From Lingula anatina (taxonomy: Eukaryota > Animalia > Brachiopoda), in contig CM120641.1 of NCBI GenBank assembly GCA_051362555.1, positions 31,006,401 through 31,070,400 of the forward strand: a stretch of DNA of 64,000 nt, written 5' to 3'. The number at the start of each line of letters is the position of its first letter. Position 1 is the stretch's first letter. Made by a program: the position numbers and the translations under genes. Below the pieces are notes generated by a model. It ran no database searches, was not told where the DNA came from, and worked only from the letters and a program-made list of their open reading frames with translations. Below, one piece after another: positions 12,302-25,918 of this stretch.

Positions 12302-15255
12302 GGGAGACCATTATAAAAACATCAGGCTACGATATATTTGCTGTGCAGGAAACTCATGCAAACCCAAATAATAGTAACTTATTCAATATAGAAGGATATA
12401 CAGGGGCGGATTTAGGCCGTCTTCTGGGTCTTCTGGAAGACGGTCAGATTTTCAAGTTTACATTGACGGATATCTAATTTTTTCTGTTGGAAGACGGTCA
12501 AAATTGGAGGAAGAATCAACAAAGATAATTTGGAAGACAGTCAGTAAATAGCTCTGGATCCGCCCCTGATATATGTTTATAAATCACCCTAGGTTTGCTA
12601 AACACAAGAAAGCGCCTCATAATTTTGGGGGTGTGGGCATTTTTGTGAAAAAAAGTGTGTTAGATGAATATAAACTTTCTGTGGTAGATAAGTCTGTAGA
12701 CGGAATCTTAGGAATAGAACTAATACATGAAATTGCTGATAGAAATATCATACTTTTTAATTGCTATCTCCCTCCTGAAAACTCGCCTTACGGAAGATAT
12801 TGCTGCTAATTTCTTTGCACATTTATTAGCAAAATGTTATATGTATGAAAGTTGCGACATACTTTGTCTATGCAGAGATTTAAATGCAAGAATCGGTAGT
12901 ATGAGAGATTTCACGCCTCAGGTAGATGAGATTCAGGGGAGGGATAGTATTGATGATAAGACAAATTCGCACAGATCGGAGCTGATTGAATTTCTTATTT
13001 AAAGTAAGAAATGCATATTAAATGGTAGGGGTGATAAGGCACATAACAATTATACTTATTTAAAGAGAGGAAAATCAGTTGCAGACTACATTATTGCTCC
13101 ACATGAGAATTTGTCCAAAGTTACAGACTTTAGGGTACATACGATGAGTGATTATGTAGAGAATCACAATCTACAGGGTCTATTAAGTGGAAGATGTAAA
13201 CATCCTGATCACTCAATATTGGAAGCTACATTGAAACACGTCCGTATGGATAACTTAGGTTGTGATGACATGCACAATATAAACCAAAACAAACAAATAA
13301 ATAGCAACAGCAGTGGCCGCAGAATATACAAGTTTAAAGAAGGTAAAAGTGACATCTTTACGTCAGATATATCAAGGCTAACAATCAAACAGATTATAGA
13401 TAGTATCGAACTAATGAGGGAAAATCAAAATGAAGTTGATTATACATGTATGAACGCGTAGTTATAGAATTAATTAATGAAATGAATGCCACTGTTCCCT
13501 TTACTGATATAAAAAACGGTGGGACATCAAAAAAGAAGTTGAGAATATCCCAACCATATTGGTGTGATGTATTAACGGATTTATGGAAACGTTTGCATAA
13601 TGCAGAAATTCAATACTCTAAATTTAAAGGCCATTGATATATCAGAAATAGTCTGTTCATTGATTATAAAACAAAATTACAAGAATTTGACAAACGCCTC
13701 TGGTATCATGAAAGGCATTACAACAGGGGACTTGCATGTGAAACAGAGATGGCCTGTGTCAAAGATCATCGCAAAATTTTGGACTACATTAAAAAAGTTG
13801 AACTTTGGTGCAAATCACAAATTCCAATGGAAACGTATAACAAAAATGGTGATGTAGTATATATTATCAATATTTCTTATAAAAAATGGGATTTAGCGAG
13901 TTTAGTAAATTATATAATGAAACTGACATAAATGATTTCGATGCAGAATTTCTCGAACAAAGTCTAGAATATAGAACTATGGAGGGTGTAATGTCTGATC
14001 CCTTGTTTAATCCTAATTACAGCATAAATGGCACTATTGAAAAACAAGAAGTTAGCGCAGCAGTAGCTAAGGCAAAGCAAAAGAAAGCTACGGGAGTAGA
14101 TAATATCCCCAATGAAATTTTGAAAAACAAAACTATTATTGATTTACTAACATCACTGTTCAATTTCATATTTGACACGGGATTATTACCAAGTATGTGG
14201 AGAAGGGCAATTATAATACCAATACCGAAGGACAGTAAACTAGATCCAAGAATACCGCTTAATTATAGAGGAATAAGTTTATTGTGTACCATATCAAAAA
14301 TATTCAGCTCGGTTATAAACAAAAGAATCTTAGCGTACTGTGAGAACAATGACTTACTGGTAGAAGAACAAAATGGCTTTAGAAAAAACAGGTCTTGTGA
14401 AGACTACATCTTTGTGTTAAACTTTATTGTTAAGAACAGAATGGAGGAGGGTAAAGACAATTTTGTAACTTTCATCGATCTGATGAAAGCTTTTGATTTT
14501 TTAAATAGAGATTTACTACTCCTCAAACTGATAAATATTGGCATTAACAGGCCTATGTATGCTGTGCTGAAATCTATGTACGCACTAACAGAGTCATGTG
14601 TAAATCTCAATACAAACTGATTTGAAACGATAGCTGGTGTTAGGCAAGGTGACAACCTATCACCTACCTTATTTATCTTTATCATAGATTATAATAAGTG
14701 AATAAATAACTGGTCTAGTGAGATATATAGTATATTACAAAAATTAGACATGACAAATAAATTTGAACGTATGGAGTTAGTGGATGTGGATAGATCTGCA
14801 GAATGCTTGAGAGATCTAGTGGCGAGTAAATGGGAGAGAGATTTGCCCTCATACAGTAAACTCAGAACTTACATACTATTTAAAAATAAATACAAGGTTG
14901 AGAACTATGTAACCCACAAATTTGATAAAATGACTAGATCATTGGTAGGACAATTAAGATTTGGTATACTTATGATTAGAATAGAAACGGGCAGGTTTGT
15001 GAGAGAAAAAGTGGAAGAAAGAGTGTGTGTGACTGTGGAAAGATAGAGGATGAAAAGCATTATATTTTTGAATGTGCTTCCTATGATAACATAAGAGAAG
15101 AGATGTTGACAAAAATAACAGCAACTGATTTAGACTTTTTGAACTTAAATTTGCCAGAGAAACTTGCAAAATTAATGGAGAAACATATAAGAATATTTAG
15201 TAATTATATAAATTGTGCCTATATGATATGGAAAGAGTTCATTTATAATGAGTAA
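12270..15255 (+). pseudogene. LINE ORF2 pseudogene (APE endonuclease + reverse transcriptase)
   Basis: Motifs AVQETH, GGVG, DLNAR, DYI, PDH, NYRGISLL, EQNGFR, FIDLMKAFD and GVRQGDNLSP. Multiple stops and frameshifts; the YADD region is missing after ~14686. Confidence 0.9.
12401..12568. mobile_element. 168-bp hAT-like MITE nested in the LINE endonuclease
   Basis: TIRs CAGGGGCGGAT...ATCCGCCCCTG with 5-bp TSD ATATA. Excision restores the frame EGYMFINHPR. Confidence 0.88.
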
Positions 15256-18029
15256 CGTCCTAGTTTGTATATGCATTCTATTATTTATACTTGTATGTAA
15301 TTAATGTTTTATATTTCCATAGTTACTATTAGTTGAACGTACAGTATTGCTATTTATATGTTTATTTATACATTATTAATTGTTTTTAAGTATTTTCTTG
15401 TTCATTAATATATTAGAAGAACATAAATGAAACAGTGACTTAAAAGCCCACTGGGGCTGGGTGCAAAAAGAAAAAAAAATGTGTCTGTATTATTTGCATT
15501 AGAGCACAGGTCACTTAAATAAACAAAACAAAATTATATTTCCTTGGTAATTATCATTTTGTAAAAGAGTCACTTAGGTCCAACTCAGTTTTATCTATGT
15601 TCAAAGTTAAAATAATGTCAACTTGAGTTGTGAACAAAATTTTCTGACAGTCATTCCAATCCCTATAAATAAACACTAAATTTTGTTTTTATTCTGATGC
15701 CTCACAGTGCATTGTGTTTTGTGACACTAAATATGTGTGTGTATTTTCTGATCAATGTATATGTGTGTTTTATCACTGTATGACTGTTTAAATATATTCT
15801 GATCTCTGTGTTATGTTTGTGTTGTAACTACTGTGTATGTCTCCATATACTCTTTATTGATGATGTGTTTTCTGATTTCAGCAGAGATGAATGTATGTCT
15901 GTTGGATTATCATTTCACTGAGGACAGCTTATTTATAAACTCATCATCACCTACAATATCTACAACCTTGTAGCCTTAGTAGAGGTAAGTGCAAAAAAAA
16001 AAAAATTATAATGTGTTCTCTTCAAACCCTTTGTGACCATCACCACTATATAATATAATACCTAGGAATATATCACTTTGTTAAAGGGACACTTAGATCC
16101 CACTCAGTTTTATATATGTTCAAAGTTATAAGGGTTAATGTGAACTTGTGGGGGTGAGCAAGAATTTCTGACAGTCATCTAAATCCCTATATATGAACTT
16201 TAAATTCAATGTTTGTATTCTCATGATACACAGTGCATTGTCTTTTGTGACACTGTATGTGTTTATAAATATATATTCTGATCACTATTTATGTTTGTTT
16301 TGTAAAAGGGTCACTTAGAGATTTATATATGTTTAGAGTTTAAAAGGTTAATGTGAACTCGTGGACTTAATCAAAATTTTCTGATGGTCATTCCAATCCC
16401 TGTATTCTGATCACTATCTGTGTTTGTGTTGTGGCTGTATGTGTTTATATATATTTTGATCACTTTGGTGTGTCTATTTTGTAACTGCTGTATATGTCTG
16501 TATATATTCTTTTAAGCGGAGATGAAAGTGTGTCTTCTGGATTATCATCACACTGAAGACAGCTAAACTCATCATCCCATTAAGATCTACAGCATTGCAG
16601 CCTCACCACAGGTTATTGCAAAAATGATATTACTATACTGTGTTGTTCTCTTCAATCCCCTTTTGATACTTACCACTTTATATAGTTACTGGGAAATTAT
16701 TATTTTTAAAGGGTCACTTGGGGACAATCCTCCAGATATTTGGATTGATCTATCTCCCTGGGTAGTCTGACTAAATTGCTATCAACTTAACCCTCTTTAA
16801 TGTCTGTCACGCTTAGTAAAGCTGTAAGGGGGTAATTATCTTTACCCTCTAGCTGATTCGATATTCCTGGCAGACAATTAAGCTGATTTAGATGATAGCA
16901 ATCAAGTGAGACTCCTCAGGAAGTTAGACCGATCCAGATGGATTGATCAAGGTATGGGAACCCAGTCTTAGATCCCGCACAGTTTTATATATGTTCAAAT
17001 TGACAAGGGTTGATATGAACTTGTAGGGGTTGGGGTTGGAAGGCGCTAAGAAAAATCTGTATATAGATGAAATTTCCTGCAAATTATCATTTTTAAAAGG
17101 GGTCACTTAAGTCCCACAGAGTCTTATATATGTTCAAAGTGAAAAGAGTTTATATGAACTGGTGGATGTGAACAAGAATTTCTGACAGTCATTCCAATTC
17201 CTATATATAAACATTAAACTTAATGTTTTCTCATGCCTCACAGTGCATTGTCTTTTGTGACAGTATGTGTCTGTATATATTCTGCTTACTGTATATGTCT
17301 GTTTTGTCACTGTTTGAATGTTTAAATATATTCTGATCTTTGTATTATATCTGTGTTGTATATACTGTCTGTGCCTGTATATGTTATGTTGTTATATTGA
17401 TGGTTTGTTCTCTGATTTCAGCAGAGATGAAGGTATGTCTCTTGGATTATCATCCAACTGAGGACAGCTAATTTATAAACTCATCATCATCAGCAGGATC
17501 TACAATGTCACAGCTTCAGCACAGGTCAGTGCAACAATAATATTGCTATACCGGTGTTCTGGTCAATCCCTTTCCGACCGTCATCACCATATATATAGAA
17601 CCTGGGAAATTATCATTTTGTAAAAGGGTCACTTAGAGATTTATATGTGTTATGAGTTAAGAATAATACGCAAAAAACTTTCAAATGAGGTCACCTTATG
17701 GCACAAACCACTAGCAAGGCAGGAGATAGGACTATCTCAGCCTAGAGAAAGGAAGAGTACCAGCCGATAAGGGACTTTGTAATTACGTTGGCTTGCAGCA
17801 AGCGGCAATTAACTCCCCATTGAGCATGAACAGTGTGAGAAGCTGCCTCTGATTGACAAGCGGGGATTGATTTGCATATTTGTGCACATAGCATTGGCTT
17901 GACGTCTCCACATTTGCATTACCATTGTGTTTTGCCCTTTACTTTCCTCATCATCCTGTATGGGTACAAAAGTCAGAAAATGATCAATTAGTTGTTGTGT
18001 GACATATAAGCATAATGGTATAACAAAAT

Positions 18030-18870
18030 CAACCACCCCCTAGGGATAGCCAAACCCTCTGTTGAAATAATTCTGAAATGCCAATGCACATCCCTTATGA
18101 CAAATTTACCAATCACCTAAGATTCAATTTCCTAACTCTAATGGGCTAGGAGGAGATAACAGAAATACCAGTGTAAAAAATAATTTAGAATACCCCCCCC
18201 CCCAAGATAGCCAAACCTCCTGTTAAACTAATTATGAAATGCCCATCCTTGAGAAAACAGCTATCATTCACCAAAATTTAAAATTCTGAAGTGTAATGGT
18301 CTAAGAAGAGATTGGGGAAATTATAACATGAAAACATTTTGAACAACTATCCCCCCCCCCCCCCAAGGACAGCCCAATGCCCTCTTAAAATAATTCTGAA
18401 GTGCCAACACACTTCCCTGGGACAGCGCAACCCCCTGTTGCACTAAAATTTCGGAATGCCAACACACATTTTGACTACGGTTCCACCAATCACCAAAGTT
18501 TCAAGTTTTTAAGTCTAATGGTCTAAGAGGAGATTGGGGAAATTATAACGTGAAAATAATTTGAACAACTACTCCCCTCCCCCCCCCCAAGGACATCCCA
18601 ATGCCCTCTTGAAATAATTCTGAAATGCCAACGCACTTCCCTGATGGCAGGTCTAGCAATCACCAAAGTTTCAATTATCTAACTCAAATAGTCTAGGAGG
18701 AGATAACAGAAATAACATGAAAAGAATTCAGAATCATCCCCCCCCCCCCCCAAGGGAGATCGCAACCCCCTGTTGCACTAAAATTCTGAAATACCAACAC
18801 ACATTCTGACTACAGTTCCGCCAAACACCAAAGTATCAAGTTCTTAGGTCTAATAGTCTAGTAGGAGATA
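18030..18870. repeat. Diverged ~170-180-bp tandem repeats, likely the internal array of another Helentron-type element
   Basis: CCCCCAAGG...ATAATTCTGAAATGCCAAC...CACCAAAGTTTCAA...CTAGGAGGAGAT recurs. It ends abruptly at the next element. Confidence 0.7.
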
Positions 18871-18871
18871 C

Positions 18872-21129
18872 TTAGTACCACCAGCGTGTATGCTGGCAGT
18901 ACTCATGGTTTTAGTCCCGACCTGTCTCGTCCGGCTCCTGCGGCTCCGCCAGCTCCGCATTCCGGCACCTGATACAAGTCACCATTACCGCTTCTCCTCC
19001 TAGACCGCAAGGACCCTTGTCCCCATCTCTTGGATTTAGGTCACATATAACCTCAACTTGAACCCCCAGGTTTTTTGTCTCAGTCGGTGCATTGGCCTGG
19101 GCGTGACGCTCGTTGAAATGCACCTTTGTCAAAATTTTTGAAAATTCAATGCTAATTTGCTACCATACGGAAGGAATTATGGGAAAAAATTTCTATAGAC
19201 GGCTGACCAAAAGCCATATGTGGAGATTTCAAATATGCCCCTGGATTTGACCTTTGACCTTTGCTTCAAGGTCAAACGGGCCAAAATTTTCAAAAAAACT
19301 ACACAGACCTAACCTATGATATTATTGGCAGGTGTTACCCTTCAGGTCATCTTTCACCTCCATGAGTTTGGGGTCACTCGGTGCATTTTCACAGGAGTAG
19401 CAGCCATAACATACCGAAACTGAAAACTCTCTCTAATGCGGGAACCCTTAATGCTAGAGACCTGTTCTTTTTTGCATTTTGTAGAGCATGTCAAGCCCAA
19501 ACTGGAGGTGGTTTCCTTTATTTCCTTATGGTTTTCGAGTTATGCCGTATCAAAAAGTACATTGTGGTGGTGAAAGCAAAATGTGCAATACGGTAATGTA
19601 TAATAAATTTTGAACCCCTGGAAAATAAAACATAAGGCTTGGCGAGACAGATAACTGGTCAAAAATGACATTATTTCATGAAATTTGAACATGTGGAACT
19701 TCTGAGCATCTCCCATTTCAAGAATTTCAACCAAAATGACCTTTTCTCTATTTCAATTAATTTCTTTTGTAGGAAATTATGGCACATAATTGCAACTCTG
19801 AAATTGCAACATTTAGTCCCTTATATCTCCAAAACTGGCAGAGGTAGGTCCATAGTTACTGTTGAAGTTGAATAGGAAGTCATATACTGGCAATTTAATT
19901 GTGGCATTGAAATTGACCTTTGACCTACTTTTCACCATGAACTGAACTTTGCAACATTTAAGTCCCTTATATCTCCAAAACTGGCAAAGAAACGCCCATA
20001 GTTACTGTTGAACTTGAATAGGAAGTCATATATTGGCAATTTAACTGTGACCTTAAAATTGACCTTTGACCTACTTTTCACCATAAACTGAACTTTGCAA
20101 ATTTTTGTTCCCTTTCATCTCCAAAACTGGCAGAGATAGGTCCATAGTTACTATTGAACTTGAATAGAAAGTCATACATTGGGAATCTAACTGTGACCTT
20201 AAAATTGACCTTTGACTTACTTTTCACCATGAACTGAACTTTGCAACTTTTTCAGTGCTTATATGCTGGTAATCTAACTGTTACCTTGAAATTTACCTTT
20301 GACCTACTTTTTATGATAAACTGCACTTTGCAAATTTTCTGATCTTTATATCTCAAAAACTGGCAAAGATCTGCCCATAGTTACTATTGAACTTGAATAG
20401 GAATTAAATCATATACTGGCAATCTAACTGTGACCCTGAAATTGACCTTTGACCTAATTTTCACCATGAACTGACTTTTGTCAATTTTCTTTCCCTTATA
20501 TCTCAGAAACTAGCAGAGATACGCCCAAAGTTACTGTGAACTTGAGTAGGAAGTCATACATTGGCTATCTAACTGTGACCTTGAAATTGACCTTTGACCT
20601 ACCTTTTATGATGAACTGCACTTTGCATGTTTTCTGGCCTTTAAATCTCCAAAAGTGGCAAAGGCAAATGCCCATGGTTACTATTGAACTTGAATAGGAA
20701 GTCATAAACTGTGACATTGAAATTGATCTTTGACCTTCTTTTTCACCATGAACTGAACTTATTTTCTTGCCCCTCATATCTTCAAAAGTAGCAGAGATAT
20801 GCCCAGTGTTGCCCCTAGGTTTTCTCTTTTGTCAGCATATATGCAATGCTGACAACACATTTCAAGAAAAACCAATAGGCCTATTGTCTAGAGAATCACA
20901 GAAGTGATCAATGTTAGGAAAATACAGGTCATTTTGAAAATCTGCCTGATTGTACCATTAATTATATTTTTTGGCATTTTCTTGTTCATTGCATTTTATA
21001 GAGCTTGTCAAGCACAAGACTGGTGGTGGTGTCCCTTTTTGGGCGTGGGGGGTGGGGGTCCATATGAATGCGCTTGCTCCAGCTGGTGGTACTATATTCG
21101 GAGGCGGTATCGCCTCTCTGATCCTCTAG
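18872..21129 (+). mobile_element. Non-autonomous Helentron-type element (HINE/DINE-1-like) with internal 146-bp tandem repeats
   Basis: Sub-TIRs TAGTACCACCAGC / GCTGGTGGTACTA, 3' hairpin GAGGCG-GTAT-CGCCTC and CTAGTT end. TGACCTTTGACCT repeats at 19818-20800. Homologous to 51171-53947. Confidence 0.85.
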
Positions 21130-21589
21130 TTTTAATATGATTTTCACTTTTCTCAGATATATTGTTATTTTTCCAGGTGACCCTTTCCATACAGCATGGT
21201 GGCTTCTTGGTGAACTGACTCTACCTATCTTGTAATGGATAATACCTATGGAAAAAGTAGACAGTGAAAAACAGCAGCAAGAGCAGTGCATTATCTCATC
21301 CATGTGTAGAATACATGATATGTGGCAAGATTAAAAACGTCATATGATGTGCAAAGCCTGATTTTAGATGTCCATTTTTCAAGGAGGAATCTGCATCTGG
21401 TATTGGTAGTAAGGAGAAATCTTGAATGGGTATATATTGTTTCCAGATGACAGTAATAGGTAATTTGTCACCTCTTACACAACCAAACTCAAATCATAAC
21501 ATAAAATGCTCCATTTGATACTGAATAATATTATTGTAATATTGAAAATTTTGTTTTTTGTAATTCTCAATCTTCTAATATCAATTGCC

Positions 21590-22780
21590 AATAAACAACG
21601 CAGTCAACTGATACACTTATCTCAGATTATTACAGTTGTGAAGCTTATTTTGTATAAATTTCACAAACATTGGACTAGATTTGTCAACATCATTCATTTA
21701 AATATGTAAAGGTATGGAATTTGCCAGTTTTTTCAATCTTATTTTTAGTTTTCTTAAATATATTTTCTGAAAACATCATTTTCATTAGGCACAGTAAGTT
21801 GATAAGCTGATCTCAGATTATTTCAGTTGAAAGCATCATTTGTAGAAATTTCACAAACATTGGACTATATTTGTCAAAATTATTAACATAAAAGTATTTT
21901 AAACCATGGAATTTGCCTTTTTTTCTATGCAGTTTTTAGTTTTCTCTAATATGTTGTCCGAAAAATTAATTTCATTACACGCAGTCAACTGATAAGCTTA
22001 TGGGTGATTATTTCAGTTGTTAATTTTAAGCTTCATTGTGCAAATTTCACAAACATCCAAGTAAATTTCACAACTGAAGCTTACAAACATTTAACTATTT
22101 TTATATACGGGATATGCCATTTTTTTTTTAAATTTAATTTGCACTTTTCTCAAATATATTGTTTAAAAAATAGTTTCATTACACTCAGTCAACAGATTAG
22201 CTTGTCACAGATTTTTATTGTTGCTAAGAATCATTTGTAGAAATTTCACAAACATTGGACTAGATTTATTGAAATTACTTACATGTATTAACATTTAAGT
22301 GTTTTAAGCCATGGGATTTGCCTTCTTTTCAGTGTTATTTTCAGTTTTCTCTAATATATTTTCTGAAAAATATTTTTCATGAAACAGTAAACAAATAAGC
22401 TTATGTCAGATTATTATAGTTGATAAGCTTTATTTGTAAAAATATCATAAAGATTCTTCTACATTTGTGAAAATGACTAATGTTTAACTATTTTTATTCA
22501 TTGAATTTGCTGGTGTTTTCAGTGTAATTTACAGTTTTCCCAATTGTATTGTCCAAAATACCACTTTTATTACTCACAGTCAACTGATAAGCTTATCTCA
22601 GATCTCTCTATAATAGTTTACAGACTAAAATTGCCAAAATTATTAACATTTAACTCTTTTTTTATCCATGGAATTTCCTATTCTTTTCAAATATAATGAA
22701 AATCTTTTTCATTAGGCACAGTCAACTGATAAGCTTATCTCAGATTACAGTATTTCATTTGTTAAGCTTGAGTTGTACAA
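21590..22780. repeat. Old AT-rich ~190-200-bp tandem repeat (6-7 copies)
   Basis: CAGTCAACTGATAAGCTTATCTCAGATT-like motif at ~21601, 21791, 21982, 22187, 22385, 22578 and 22719. Confidence 0.8.
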
Positions 22781-24028
22781 GTCAGACATTTCACAGAGTT
22801 ATTACATTCAGAGGAGACGTTTCATCATTACTGGCTTTTTTTTGTGATCTTTGTAGATTTGGCGTATGAGTTGTTTTTTTTTTTTTTTTTTTTTTTTTTG
22901 CAAAATGGCTAATGATAAAAGTATAACATGTATTAAAACATGTAAATCATCATTTTATGAAATATTTGTTGTTATTTTGGCCGAAGCACTACAAGTATTT
23001 CCACAATGCATTGCGTGTCCGTGAACACCAAGTCTTTAACGACGTAAAGGACACACATGTGACTTAATTTACAAATGCTGCAATGGGAAAATTTTCATGG
23101 AGAGGGTTGGAAAAGAGCGTTTTAGCAAGGCTTGTATCGCCGTGACAAGATCTTATCCCAGTGGAAATATTCACAAGCACTTGCATTTTGACCACAAAGT
23201 GCCTTGTGGTGATTTGTTATATGGTTGTGATGTGTGCAGCAAGACATGGTCTTCTTCTGCATCGATATCCAATCACTCATGAGTCACGATATTGCTACCA
23301 TGATATGTATGCCAAAAACGATTCTCTTTTCTTTCACAGTAAGTTAAAATCAAAAGACTCACCACATTTTGCAGTTGATTTAAAGCAATAATAACTCTTC
23401 CTTTGAGATTCAAAATTCCACAAGAAATACATTGTAAACAACACACGAAAATATATTATATTGTATTTTACCACTAAAATGGCTATTATTGTTATAAAAC
23501 TTAAATCTGTGCTTGTCAATAGGGCTTTCGATGCCTTTCTTCCTGGTCGTCAAGGCATCCGTTGCCAATGACGTTGGGGTACCATGCGGATTTTCGCATT
23601 CATTCGAGACCAAAATTACATATGGCGCCATATGAAACAGATGCATGATGCAATCCTTAGACGTAAGTTTCGAGTTTTGGTACAGTGCGTCGGAAAACGA
23701 AAAGCCCAGAACCGCACACATTGTAGATAAAAATGCATTTTGAGCAATAAGACGAATATATATTATGAATCTTATATTATTGTTATATAGTGTTGTTGTT
23801 GCATGCTCTCCCGTGGTTTTAAGTATGTCAACAGAAAATATCACTCGCAATGCAATGTCAGAGGGCTCCGTCAGTTAAAATCTCTTAAGAGATTTTAACA
23901 AAAAACCAAACGTTTCGGAAAAAAACAATGCAGGAATGGGGTCGTTGACCATTGGTAAGTACGGGAAAATTGCCATTTACTCCAGGAAAATCAAATTTTT
24001 GGCCAAAATGAAGAGTTATTATGACTTA

Positions 24029-24243
24029 GACCCCATTTCCAGAGATTAGATCGATCTACTTTAGATCGACCTAACCCCCTGGGGGTTTACGCTAAATAGC
24101 TGTCAGCCGAGCGGACACGAAAGTTAATTACCCCCTTACAGCTTGTAGTAGGCGGGACGGACATTTAAGCCGGATTATCTGACAGTAATCTAGTGAGACT
24201 CCCCACGGGGATAGATCGATCTAAAAGCTCTGGGAATACAGCC
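24029..24243. mobile_element. Harbinger-like MITE with TTA TSD (same family as 7623-7847)
   Basis: TTA|GACCCCATTTCCAG...CTGGGAATACAGCC|TTA. Confidence 0.85.
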
Positions 24244-25438
24244 TTAAAGCATGTTATTGAGCAATATGACCTGTAAACAGTGCAATTTTCAACTCTCTTG
24301 GAAAGATGCAATAGTTGTGCTCCCTTCTGGTGTGAGCAGATATTTGGTGTTGCAATGCCATTCTTCAAATGCTTTGTAAAAGTACTAATGTACAGTGCAA
24401 AACCCATCAAACACAACAAGGATTTTTGATGAAAATACAAATAAGACTTTTTTATGTTTGGGAAATGAATAGAAGATAAATTGTACTTTATTCCATGTTA
24501 CGCCTTTATCCAAATTTACCCAATCATTAACAAGAGACTTTAGTTTGTAAATTACATAACAGAAATTATTCAGCTCCTAATTCATTAGATTGTCTTGAGT
24601 AACAAAATTAAGTTAATATATTCAATAATGAAGAGAAGAGTAGCCTATCCTTTAATCTTTTTTTTAAATGTCGTCCCAGCCAAATGACTAAATCCTGTGT
24701 TCAAATTTTAGCAAATTCTTTAGAATACCTCATTTATAAAAGAAAATTATACATGTGTCGGCAAAAAAATCAAGTTTTCGGGGTTAATATATCAGCATTT
24801 GTATAGGCCCTATTTCATTTCAAAGAGAAGGTATAGATGGTCTTTATTTTCTACTTCGTGAAATTAATCTAAACACAGATAAACCACTACGAGTAACAAT
24901 GTGCATGAAAGTAATTAGAAATTTGTAGGATCCGCGGCGGACCCCCCCCCCCCCCCTTCAATTAATACTGGATTCGCCCCTGATTGTACATCGGGCAATG
25001 GACATTAAACAATACCGGTAGGCCTACTGTCCGCAAATATTGAAATAAAAAAGGGGATGTAAAAATAACTTCTTTTCCTTTTTTAAATAATGAACAATGC
25101 TTATAAAATGAAATACTTTTCAACCAAAATATTATCAATTCATATTTGAACTAAAAATCAAAAGATCTGGGCCGAAATAGCTGGAACGTAGCGTTGCTGG
25201 TATGCGCTTGATGTGCCCCGATTCTCCTCCGATTCAGTGTGGTAGTTGTGACAGATATGTTGATTGCGTTTTCTCGGCGGGGTTTTTTTTTTTTTTTTTT
25301 TCACTAAGAGTCTTGTTCATTCGGATCGGAATGCTATTTTCAAGTATTTCGCACGTTATGGAATATATTTAGGGATATTAACGACGTAAGTAAATTCGGT
25401 ACTTTTGTAGTATACCCCCCCACCCTGTAACTTCCTGA

Positions 25439-25918
25439 AACTTTCATTTTTCAAACATTTTTTTACTTTGTCTTTTTCACCTATGTCAAAGCTGTTGAAA
25501 TAAAATGTTTTTGTAATTACCTGTGGTCTTTTTATTAGTTTTAATCACGTTTAATCCACCCCATTGAAATACAATGTGAAAATTTACAATGTATCTGCAG
25601 TCAATAACTTGCAGCGTTTTCGTTGGCTAACTCTAACTTATTTTATGTGATTGATACATTGTATACTTGGACTTCCTCTGTGAAATTATTATGAGCTACT
25701 TGTTCACATAAAATTACCTTAGAGTTAGCCAACGAAAACGCGGCAAGTTATTGACTGCGGGTGTAAATTGAAGATTCTAACATTGTATTTCAATGGGCTG
25801 GATTAAACGTGATTAAAACTAATGAAAAGTCCACAGGTAATTACAAAAGCATTTTATTTCAACAGCTTTGACATAGATGAACAAGAAAATGTAAAAAACT
25901 GTTTGAAAAGTGAAAGTT
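25439..25918. mobile_element. ~480-bp fold-back element (MITE-like long palindrome)
   Basis: AACTTTCATTTTTCAAACA...TGTTTGAAAAGTGAAAGTT. Arms pair over ~195 bp, e.g. CGTTTTCGTTGGCTAACTCTAA / TTAGAGTTAGCCAACGAAAACG. Confidence 0.85.

Larger units (their letters stand above)
10886..15533 (+). mobile_element. Near full-length, degenerate APE-type LINE (RTEX/L2-Crack-like; clade not verified) inserted in a (TA)n tract of the array
   Basis: Coiled-coil ORF1, then frameshifted endonuclease and RT fragments, a C-terminal RIETGR...EDEKHYIFEC motif and an A-rich tail. The array resumes at ~15534. Confidence 0.85.
5787..17650 (+). repeat. Large tandem array block 1: ~2.4-2.6-kb higher-order repeat of about 4 diverged monomers, about 3 copies
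   Basis: The motif CTGATTTCAGCAGAGATGAAGGT...CACAGGTCAGTGCAA recurs. The same MITE sits at the homologous position at ~6979, ~9620 and ~16720. Confidence 0.9.

Noticed and set aside
23097-23850. Short ORFs in unique-looking DNA
   Set aside because: No recognisable domains or coherent exon structure.
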